DNA of 64,000 nt from a virus (lineage: Duplodnaviria; Heunggongvirae; Uroviricota; Caudoviricetes). This document shows, one piece after another, positions 57,664 to 64,000 of the stretch. The DNA lies in IMG/VR virus record IMGVR_UViG_3300038968_000013, positions 49,317 through 113,316 of that record, one strand, 5' to 3'. Under the pieces are notes generated by a model. The model was not told the origin of the DNA. It did not search any database and saw only the letters and a program-made list of their open reading frames with translations. Within the stretch, counting starts at the first letter, position 1. Each line of letters starts with the position of its first letter. The position numbers were made by a program, and so were the translations under genes.

Positions 57664-58772
57664 TCGTGCCGTACGCCTTCGTGAGCCTCGCGCTCGACGT
57701 CCGCAAACTCTTTGAGGAAGTCGTTGACGTGACCGGTAAGCTGTTGCAGCAGCTCCCGCGAACGCTCTGGGCTGATTGCCGCGTGCTTGAGGCGCTGTGC
57801 CGCGATTTCGAGTGCCGCTCCTGCCACCGCCACGTTGTGATCCGTGATCACTTCCACGGAACGGTTGAGCGCAGGATCGACCGCCTGGTAGCGTTCCAGC
57901 TGAGCGCGCGCACGCACTGCCGTCATGGAGTTTTCGAGCACGACGGCCAGGTTCTGCCACTTCTCCAGCAGGTTCCGACGCATGCCGTGAACCGACTCGA
58001 TGGAGAGCGCAGCTGCATCCTTCGACTTCTGCAGCGTGGGGATGGCGCGCTGAGCCTCGGTGACGATGGTAATGAATTCCATCACGTCGAGACGCACCTT
58101 CTCCAGGTCACGCTTCAGAGCTTCGAATTCGGCTTCCTTCGCGGGCCGATCCTTCTGCTCGATGGTTCCGGACTTCAGCTCCAGGTCGAGCGCATTGTAG
58201 CGCCCTTCCAGCTCTGCTCTGCGCTGTTCCGCTTGGAGTTGACGCGGGGTCGCTTCCTTGAGCTTGGACAATACGGTATCGATGCTCTTCCCGTACGACT
58301 CGACGTTGGACACGTACTCCGCTTCTACCGTCCCCAACTTCTCGATCGTCTCCTGCACGAAGGTCTCGACTTCGCGACACGCCTCTTCGACCGAGGCAGT
58401 GTCGAGCCGCGAAACACGGAGCGCCTGAGCCTTGTTCATCGCCTTGTCGGAGAACTGCCCGAGGAACGCCAGGGTCTTTTCCTTGACGCCCCGGAATTCG
58501 CCCGACCGCGCGATTTGCAGCCCGATGGCCTCGATGCGCTGAATCACGTCAGAGCACAACGCCCGAAGCTCCTGCTCCATGGCGGCGCCCTTCTCGTGTG
58601 CGTCGGCCAACTTCTGGCTACCGTGCGTGACGCGTTGCTTGCCCTGCTTGACCTCGGTGGCTTGCCGTTCCTGCTTGATGTCCAGGTCCGAAATCACCGT
58701 GTCGTTCTGCAGCGATTCGCGGATAGCTGCCCGCCCGGTACGCTGCGCCGTTTGTTCCCTCACTTGCGCCAC
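57660..58772 (-). CDS. all-helical coiled-coil protein (TelA/YaaN-like?)
   Basis: 370 aa. GTG start with a GGAGGTGG RBS. Long heptad-like Glu/Arg/Leu-rich segments. The family assignment is tentative. Confidence 0.45.
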   Translation of the reverse strand: MAQVREQTAQRTGRAAIRESLQNDTVISDLDIKQERQATEVKQGKQRVTHGSQKLADAHEKGAAMEQELRALCSDVIQRIEAIGLQIARSGEFRGVKEKTLAFLGQFSDKAMNKAQALRVSRLDTASVEEACREVETFVQETIEKLGTVEAEYVSNVESYGKSIDTVLSKLKEATPRQLQAEQRRAELEGRYNALDLELKSGTIEQKDRPAKEAEFEALKRDLEKVRLDVMEFITIVTEAQRAIPTLQKSKDAAALSIESVHGMRRNLLEKWQNLAVVLENSMTAVRARAQLERYQAVDPALNRSVEVITDHNVAVAGAALEIAAQRLKHAAISPERSRELLQQLTGHVNDFLKEFADVEREAHEGVRHE

Positions 58773-58799
58773 TGTGCCACCTCCGTTTGATAGTATGCG

Positions 58800-58925
58800 A
58801 ACATGTTGTTTGTGACCATCTTTTTACCGGTGCTCTAACACTGAGCTACTTCCACATGTGGAAGGCTGGACTTTAACCAGCGACCCCCGGTCCTTCATGA
58901 GAACAGTCAACAGTCGGCTCGCAAG
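58800..58925 (-). ncRNA. Y RNA-like permuted tRNA mimic, E1
   Basis: Reading 5' to 3' on the minus strand, in order: leader GCGAGCCGAC, anticodon-stem 3' strand ACCGG, variable loop GGGTC, T-arm GCTGG TTAAAGT CCAGC, acceptor 3' strand CTTCCAC-A, a 1-nt link, acceptor 5' strand GTGGAAG, TA, D-arm GCTC AGTGTTA GAGC, A, and anticodon-stem 5' strand CCGGT. The 7-bp acceptor and 5-bp anticodon stems are perfectly complementary between the two halves. Confidence 0.5.
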
Positions 58926-59109
58926 CCGTTAACATTGGTCCCGATGCCGTGGACACAACCCCCGGCTCTCCCGCACCAACGCGGTTGTTCTGTGTACATG
59001 TCGGGCTACACCGAATCGTGCTGCCCCGGCCGGGTCAACAGCAGAGATTCATCTGGCAGACATTTAACCAACACGGTCTAGTTTCTGAACTACATCGGGA
59101 AAAGAAAAA

Positions 59110-59246
59110 GCGAGCATGTAGCTTCTTTGAGGAGTGTATTTTTGACGGTTGCTCTACCAACTGAGCTACATTCTTGGTTGCCCTTGAATGGCTGGATTCG
59201 AACCAGCGACCCACTGTGTGTGATAACCCTCAAACGTTCGGCTCGC
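59110..59246 (-). ncRNA. Y RNA-like permuted tRNA mimic, E2
   Basis: Same order as E1. T-arm GCTGG TTCGAAT CCAGC, acceptor halves CATTCAA / AAGAATG (5 of 7 bp) joined by a GGGCAACC loop, and D-arm GCTC AGTTGGTA GAGC. Leader GCGAGC pairs with trailer GCTCGC. Confidence 0.5.
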
Positions 59247-59328
59247 GAAAAATGACCCCGAAGTCATGCTAATTATGCATGAATACTCAGCCTCGATGAG
59301 CATCGGGGAGAGAAGCTGTTTCAAAAAG

Positions 59329-59411
59329 TACCGGTGACAGGATTCGAACCTGCAAGAGTTTCCCCTACTAGTTCCTAAGACTAGCGTGTACGCCAATGCC
59401 ACCTCACCGGC
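59329..59411 (-). tRNA. tRNA-Leu (TAG), class II
   Basis: Manual fold. Acceptor GCCGGTG/CACCGGT, anticodon arm CTAGT CTTAGGA ACTAG, a 13-nt variable arm and T-arm GCAGG TTCGAAT CCTGT. Collinear with E. coli tRNA-Leu. Confidence 0.6.
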
Positions 59412-59421
59412 AAAAAGAAAG

Positions 59422-59531
59422 TGGGTAGGGGTGGAGTTGAACCACCAAGTAAGCTCTCAAGTAGGCATACTCAACTAGTATTTTCAGCCCACCATCCAGC
59501 TATTCTCTGTACAACAAATGTACACCTACCC
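59422..59531 (-). ncRNA. 110-nt tRNA-like RNA (perfect 7-bp acceptor + T-arm, ~35-nt extra internal sequence)
   Basis: 5' GGGTAGG ... GGTGG TTCAACT CCACC CCTACCC A 3'. The D-arm is a 4-6 bp palindrome (G)TGTACA..TGTACA. No canonical anticodon arm could be placed by hand. Confidence 0.35.
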
Positions 59532-59595
59532 ATAGTCTCGGACAACGGATTGCGGTCTCACTGTACCGCGCTTAATCCCCGAGCTTAAAACGGTT

Positions 59596-59650
59596 GGGGC
59601 CAGGCTGGATTCGAACCAGCAGAGAGGGATGGCAAATCCCCCACGAACTG
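59596..59650 (-). ncRNA. tRNA-like 3' module (anticodon-like hairpin GGGGA TTTGCCA TCCCT + T-arm GCTGG TTCGAAT CCAGC + CTGGCCC)
   Basis: No matching 5' acceptor strand either upstream or downstream. It shares a GCTGGCAAAA submotif with E4. Confidence 0.3.
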
Positions 59651-60100
59651 AGCGGATCAAAGCGTGCAAGCTTTTGCCAGCTCAGCGACACTACCCGGTC
59701 TAGACTTCCTCAGCCCGCCGCCATTGCCAACCATGCGACTTACTGACCCCAGAAAACTAACCACGAACATAAAAGTGAAGAGCGAGCTGTCAGCTGGGTA
59801 CCCTTGATCTACTCGTACCGCCCCATTGATGCGAAGGCTTATCAGCTTCGTAGAGGGTATCACCCCAGGTGACTTGTCATCCATCTTACACCCCGGATGC
59901 ATAGGTGTGCTGCCTTCATCGGTGGACCTGACCTTTTCACTACTCAGTTAAACGTTGTTTCGAGGGCGCCTTGTCCGGTCTCCCCCTGGCTTTTTTATCA
60001 AAGTAGAGAACACTCTTCGATTGGCTCGTGGTTCTTGTCCCAGCAATCCTACCCCTCAGTGTGCTAATGAGTCTCAGATCTCAGCCGGGACCAAAACTAT

Positions 60101-60235
60101 ATACCCTGAACGTATGGGCGTCGATGCGGTTTAACGCTCTGCCATTGAGCTAACTCTGCAGGTTAGTGCAGAGCCTGGGACTCGAACCCAGATCTTTCGA
60201 TTATCATTCGAGAACACACCAACAGTCGGCTCAGG
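60101..60235 (-). ncRNA. Y RNA-like permuted tRNA mimic, E3
   Basis: Leader GTTTCACCCTGAGCCGACTGTTG..., T-arm CTGGG TTCGAGT CCCAG, acceptor 3' strand GCTCTGC-A, loop CTAACCT, acceptor 5' strand GCAGAGT, TA, D-arm GCTC AATGGCA GAGC. Head ACCCTGA pairs with tail TCAGGGT. Confidence 0.45.
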
Positions 60236-60284
60236 GTGAAACTTAGATTGTCAAAGAACAAGGTGGAGAACGAGTTACAGAAAG

Positions 60285-60365
60285 CAGGGATTAGTGGGAT
60301 TTGAACCCACATCAGCCGGTTTTTGCCAGCTTCGTCATCCAGTAGCGATAACCCTGCCTAGTTCG
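60285..60365 (-). ncRNA. tRNA-like module E4 (shared leader + T-arm GTGGG TTCAAAT CCCAC)
   Basis: Leader GAGAGCCGAAC matches those of E1-E3. The tRNA-like features are incomplete. Confidence 0.3.
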
Positions 60366-60380
60366 GCTCTCCGGATCTTT

Positions 60381-61043
60381 TTACAGCGCCACTTCGCGTG
60401 GCGTGTGAACTGACGGCATCGTAGCACCGATGGATGGCTTTGTCAAATCCTGATGCTTTGCCATCCAATCCTGCACGAACCAGAGCTGTCCACAGCCGCC
60501 GCCGATGTCGTCCTGTCCCGCAGGATCGAAGCAGCGCACCGAGTACCCGATCGTCTTCATCATGTCCATGAAGTTGGTCGCGAGGGTCCGCTGACGATGA
60601 TTCGCCGCAGCCACGCTCTCGTCCCGCTCACAGATGACGCTGATCGTTGCTTCCCACGTATCCGGGTGAAACAAGCGGCGCAGGTTGTTGACGTCCTGCC
60701 ACGATACGTTACCCGGATGCGCGCAGTAGTTGAAGAACGGGCGGCGCCCGGTGACGTTGTAGAAGCGATTGCCTTGGTACGCGATCTGCGCGAGGTTCAG
60801 CTTTGCCTTGAACGGAATGAGCTGATCGCGCTTCTCGTCGGTGCTCTCATGAACCGAGAATTGCAGCCCGATGGTAGGAATCTTCCGCGCCGCTTCCATG
60901 ATCGGGTCGTAATCGACGTCCGGAGCACTCGTGGAAATGAGCAGCGAGAAGTTCGGGTAGAGGAAGTACAGGTACTCCATCGCCCTGATCAGTTCCTTTT
61001 GGTTGAGCATTTGTTTACACCAATTGTAAGTAAGATAACCCAC
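60381..61043 (-). CDS. hypothetical protein downstream of rsr
   Basis: 220-aa ORF. No motif recognised. Confidence 0.4.
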   Translation of the reverse strand: MGYLTYNWCKQMLNQKELIRAMEYLYFLYPNFSLLISTSAPDVDYDPIMEAARKIPTIGLQFSVHESTDEKRDQLIPFKAKLNLAQIAYQGNRFYNVTGRRPFFNYCAHPGNVSWQDVNNLRRLFHPDTWEATISVICERDESVAAANHRQRTLATNFMDMMKTIGYSVRCFDPAGQDDIGGGCGQLWFVQDWMAKHQDLTKPSIGATMPSVHTPREVAL

Positions 61044-61160
61044 TACCCGGTCGGCTCACCGTATGCCGTTATGTCTGAGACGCGAACATGTAGACGCCTA
61101 GGGCTGTTTTCATTTAGGCAATGGTAACCCTAGAGCTATCGGCTCGCGCGTATCTTGTCG

Positions 61161-62777
61161 TTACAGACCCTTCGCGAACTCCGAGATTAGCTGCGGGGTG
61201 GCAGTGTCGAAGCCCACCACGTCGAGCTGACCCGGATCGTTTGGATCTGCGATGGTGAAGTTGGTCGCAGTCATGCCGACCGTTACCATCTTGCAGTCCT
61301 TCTTGTTCATGCGCGTACGGAACTGGCGCAGAGCAGTGCTCGCGTGCGTGTTCCCGGCCCAAACCTCGTTGTCCGTGATGATCACGAAGCAATCGACGTC
61401 GAGGCTATGCTGCATCGCGTACTTCATTGCGACCGCACCGTCCGTACCACCGAAGTTGGCGTCCTGAGCAGCGCGCGCAGCATCACGGAGCGACATGCCC
61501 GGATGGATACGAAGATCCTTGAAGTGATGCGCGAATCCACCGATGAAATAGTTGCTCTCGGTGTTTGCGATCACGAGCGCCATTGCTGCTGCGCCGATGC
61601 ACGGAGTCAGACCCGGCACGCCCGCGATGCTGCCGCCCGCCATCGAGCCCGAGACGTCGACTCCCAGGAAGAAGTTCTTCCCGGTCGGCTCGACCGCCTT
61701 GAACGCGAGGTAGAACGCCTCGTCGAGGGCCTTGACCACCTTCTGCGAAGGTGTCCAGGTCTTGGACATGTCGCGGGCACCACGCCCCGCCGCGTACGTC
61801 AGGTTCGCAGCCAGGATCTGAATCGGATGCACACGGCCCTTGATGATCGCGTCCTGGTTGCCCAGAAGCTTCACGATGTCCTTCTCGGCCTGCGACAGCG
61901 GCTTCAGCAGTCCGACACGCGTCATGGTCGCCAGGTTGCGGATGACCATGGTGATCCCGCCCGTCGACAGCAGCGCCTCCCAAACCTCTGGAGCGTTCAG
62001 CAGCTGCGTCGGGATGATCTCGCGCGGCAGGTTGAAATCGGTGATCAGCTGCACCGCAGTCTTCACGTCGGCCTTGGTAGCCCCCGTGATTGCCTGCATG
62101 ACACGCGCACCCTCGATCATGTCCGGACCCTTGGTGAAGTCTTCCTTCTTCAGGGCGAACTCGAAGACAGCACGGCGCATAGCATCGTCGGTCTTCGGAT
62201 GCGTCAGACGCAGGAGGTCACGATGCGACCAACCGTCACGCTGCTGGTACTTCACGACCTGCAGTGCCAGCTTGTCGACCGGCTTGGCAAGGTACCAATC
62301 ACGCACCGCGTTCTTCAGCGCACGACCCCAGCCACGATACTGGCGGGCGAAGGCGATGAAATGGAACAGATGCGTTCCAGTACGCGCGACCTTGTGCAGA
62401 TTGGCGAGCGCGTAACGCTTCACGTCGTCGCTACCCTCGGAGGCAGCGTATGCCAGTGCCAGCAGCGCCGGATCGTTCTTCGGCGCGCGACCGTCCTGCG
62501 AAATCTGGACGATCTCGTTGACGAGACGCATGCCATCCTCCAGGAGGCACGCCTTGACGGCGTTCAGGCTCTCCTTGGTGTGCTGGCGCTGGTCAGCGTA
62601 GTACGTCCCACCCTCGGTGCCGAGGATCAGGAAGCGACGCAGATGCATCCAATGCCCGGTGGCAAAAACGTAACCACCCGCATGGTTCTTCACCTGGCGC
62701 GCGTCCAGCGGCTCCGACTCCGGAACCGGCTTCGAAATCTCGTTCAGTAGATAGCTTCCCTTGCGTCCCATCGTCAT
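61161..62777 (-). CDS. rsr: Ro60/Rsr ortholog (TROVE domain + C-terminal vWA/MIDAS domain)
   Basis: GGYVFATGHWMHLRRFLILGTEGGTYYADQRQ...ISQDGRAPKNDPALLALAYAAS aligns with the N-terminus of the Ro sixty-related protein (..RFLILGSEGGTYY..RAPKND). GVDVSGSM is a MIDAS motif. Confidence 0.85.
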   Translation of the reverse strand: MTMGRKGSYLLNEISKPVPESEPLDARQVKNHAGGYVFATGHWMHLRRFLILGTEGGTYYADQRQHTKESLNAVKACLLEDGMRLVNEIVQISQDGRAPKNDPALLALAYAASEGSDDVKRYALANLHKVARTGTHLFHFIAFARQYRGWGRALKNAVRDWYLAKPVDKLALQVVKYQQRDGWSHRDLLRLTHPKTDDAMRRAVFEFALKKEDFTKGPDMIEGARVMQAITGATKADVKTAVQLITDFNLPREIIPTQLLNAPEVWEALLSTGGITMVIRNLATMTRVGLLKPLSQAEKDIVKLLGNQDAIIKGRVHPIQILAANLTYAAGRGARDMSKTWTPSQKVVKALDEAFYLAFKAVEPTGKNFFLGVDVSGSMAGGSIAGVPGLTPCIGAAAMALVIANTESNYFIGGFAHHFKDLRIHPGMSLRDAARAAQDANFGGTDGAVAMKYAMQHSLDVDCFVIITDNEVWAGNTHASTALRQFRTRMNKKDCKMVTVGMTATNFTIADPNDPGQLDVVGFDTATPQLISEFAKGL

Positions 62778-62927
62778 CCCCTCACATTCGGTTATCGGCT
62801 CACACGGTAGGTTTTAAGACACCACTTACCCGGCCCAGCCACGCTTGCGCTTTCGATTCGGCCCGTGTGCTCAGGAAACAGAGCTTATGCTATCCTGATG
62901 GTTGTGTCAAGCGGTCGCGCAGATTTT

Positions 62928-63098
62928 TTAGCAGTCGTCTTCTTCGAGAGCAGCGGCCCACGCGTCTTCGAGGTCGTAGGTGTCGAAAATTTCACCGCAG
63001 TTGTTGCATTCGAACTCGTAGACTTCACCGTCGATGTCGTCTTCCAGATAGTCCGACTCGACGTCTCTCGATCCACATTCGATACACCGCACCGCCAT
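62928..63098 (-). CDS. small acidic zinc-ribbon protein (56 aa)
   Basis: MAVRCIECGS...CNNCGEIF... has two CxxC pairs. It is below the track's length cut-off. Confidence 0.4.
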   Translation of the reverse strand: MAVRCIECGSRDVESDYLEDDIDGEVYEFECNNCGEIFDTYDLEDAWAAALEEDDC

Positions 63099-63099
63099 G

Positions 63100-63738
63100 T
63101 CATCCCCCTTGAATGATCGACAGGATATGTTGAGCGGAAATCGGCGCGTAGTTCCACACGTCGACTCCGACGTTGATACGCTTGTCGAGAACCTTCCAGG
63201 CTTCGTGAACGTGGCCGCAGAGCAACCACTGGTTCGGGTTGTACTCCGGACGAAACTCTTCGAACCGCACTTCGTCGGAATGATCCGCGTTGACGCGCGC
63301 TTCCAGATCCGGGAGGTGGGCGAGAGTTACAACGGGACCATCGATTCCCAGCTGCAGCTCCAGAGGTGGCTGCCAGATTTCAGAAATGCCACCCCACTCC
63401 TTGTATTGTGCTTCGTGCTTGTCGCGATGCTTCGTGGAATGCCCGTCGCGCCCCTTGTCCCAGCAGTTGTCATGGTTGCCAGGAACCACGATCTTGGTAC
63501 CCCGGCACCAGCTGAGCCACGGGACCGTTTCGGCACGCTTCCCCATGGCAACGTCGCCGACGTGAATGACGGTTGCACCTTCCGGAACAACCGCATTCCA
63601 GTTGAGCACAAGACCCTTGTTCATGCTGGGTACATCAGCCCATGGCCTCGTGCAGTACGTGAGGATATTGCCATGCCCCCAATGTGTGTCGGAGGTAAAG
63701 TAAAGCTTACTAATATCCTCCCATACTTTTCTGATCAT
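63100..63738 (-). CDS. calcineurin-like metallophosphoesterase
   Basis: FTSDTHWGH, IHVGDV, GNHD and GHVH form the dimetal phosphoesterase motif set. Confidence 0.65.
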   Translation of the reverse strand: MIRKVWEDISKLYFTSDTHWGHGNILTYCTRPWADVPSMNKGLVLNWNAVVPEGATVIHVGDVAMGKRAETVPWLSWCRGTKIVVPGNHDNCWDKGRDGHSTKHRDKHEAQYKEWGGISEIWQPPLELQLGIDGPVVTLAHLPDLEARVNADHSDEVRFEEFRPEYNPNQWLLCGHVHEAWKVLDKRINVGVDVWNYAPISAQHILSIIQGG

Positions 63739-64000
63739 CTACTTAGACTCCGTAGCCCCAGGACTATTATCAGCCCAACCAAGGCGAGTAAGAAGGCGTC
63801 GTTGTTGACTATGCCTCTGGTAATTGCGGCGCTGCCTCTCTCCCACCAAGTCAGAGAGGTCTTGTTTCTCGGCGGGACTGCGATCACTCTTCGCCTCGTA
63901 CGCTTTGATCGCTTGATCCAACGTCGAGTCCTGCATCCACCGCACCAGCAGCCTTCCCATCTTCCCTCCAAGGAAACGATATTTGGTTGATGCTGTCGTC
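63739..64000 (-). CDS. hypothetical protein (partial; the frame is open to the window end)
   Basis: The ORF has no stop between 63960 and 64000. Its stop overlaps the start of the phosphoesterase gene. Confidence 0.25.
   Translation of the reverse strand, partial: TTASTKYRFLGGKMGRLLVRWMQDSTLDQAIKAYEAKSDRSPAEKQDLSDLVGERQRRNYQRHSQQRRLLTRLGWADNSPGATESK

Noticed and set aside
57544-57960. 138-aa ORF
   Set aside because: Most of it is Arg/Gly-rich shadow overlapping the 5' end of the coiled-coil gene. Only the last 39 codons, a TM peptide, are plausible.
58775-59250. Reading E1 and E2 as ordinary tandem tRNA genes or as attP-type 3' tRNA fragments
   Set aside because: No 5' halves exist upstream of the 3' halves. 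Instead each 3' half is immediately followed by a 5' half whose acceptor and anticodon-stem strands are complementary to it. E1 is perfect at 7 bp and 5 bp. That is not expected for neighbouring unrelated tRNAs or for an attP core. No integrase is present in the window.
59657-59902. 81-aa ORF in the RNA island
   Set aside because: It lies in a gene-free structured region and has no RBS or protein-like composition. Probably non-coding.
62885-63229. 114-aa minus ORF (highly basic, Ser/Thr/Arg-rich)
   Set aside because: It has low-complexity shadow composition and overlaps the far more protein-like 56-aa zinc-ribbon ORF in another frame.
1-64000. Integrase/attachment site and lysis cassette (holin/endolysin)
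   Set aside because: No tyrosine or serine recombinase signatures were seen. No muramidase, amidase or endopeptidase motifs and no holin-endolysin pair were seen. They may lie outside the window.

Overview
This 64-kb window reads as a large segment of a GC-rich tailed dsDNA phage or prophage. GC content was judged by eye, not computed, and CDS coordinates follow the ORF track with start codons chosen by eye.

Most genes lie on the minus strand, so transcription runs from high to low coordinates. Minus-strand gene order (high to low coordinates):
- 63.7-60.4 kb: a metallophosphoesterase, a small zinc-ribbon protein and an unmistakable Ro60/Rsr (TROVE+vWA) gene.
- 60.4-58.8 kb: an RNA-gene island holding one canonical tRNA-Leu plus several tRNA-like modules. 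At least three modules are circularly permuted (3' half, short loop, 5' half, enclosed by a leader/trailer helix) and look like YrlA-type Y RNAs.
- 58.8-53.0 kb: a coiled-coil (TelA/YaaN-like?) protein, an AAA+ ATPase, an SPFH/band-7 membrane protein, a deoxynucleotidase and two secreted proteins.
- 52.3-47.9 kb: a plus-strand HNH endonuclease and a plus-strand module at 47.9-51.8 kb. The module has a different oligonucleotide signature. It has its own near-consensus promoter and rho-independent terminator, and a conserved ~75-bp hairpin cassette in front of three genes.
- 47.98-46.44 kb: a 1.5-kb repeat-dense non-coding region that may be an origin, partition site or control hub.
- 46-28 kb: accessory genes on the minus strand (none in the window on the plus strand at 42-46 kb). 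These include duplicated secreted 92-aa paralogs, DUF3846-like protein, a Thg1-like tRNA-His guanylyltransferase, tRNA-Asp and tRNA-Gly, a ParB-like mini-operon, an orphan REC-domain protein, a SLOG protein, HNH and Endo VII nucleases, and a glycan-modification island. The island holds two GT9 enzymes, a GT-A enzyme, two methyltransferases and a NeuD-like acetyltransferase.
- 28-0 kb: the morphogenesis operon. It begins with a terminase small-subunit candidate, TerL, a portal-MuF fusion, an HNH nuclease, the prohead protease and an HK97-fold MCP. Next come a GT4 enzyme, three consecutive Sec-signal-peptide proteins (one 1145 aa and Cys-rich) and a 468-aa protein made of about 30 tandem 14-residue repeats. 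The operon ends with connector and neck proteins, GT2 and GT4 enzymes, the major tail protein, G/G-T chaperones with a classic GGGAAAA -1 frameshift, and the tape measure protein, which runs off the window.

No integrase, lysis cassette, rRNA or CRISPR array was seen.
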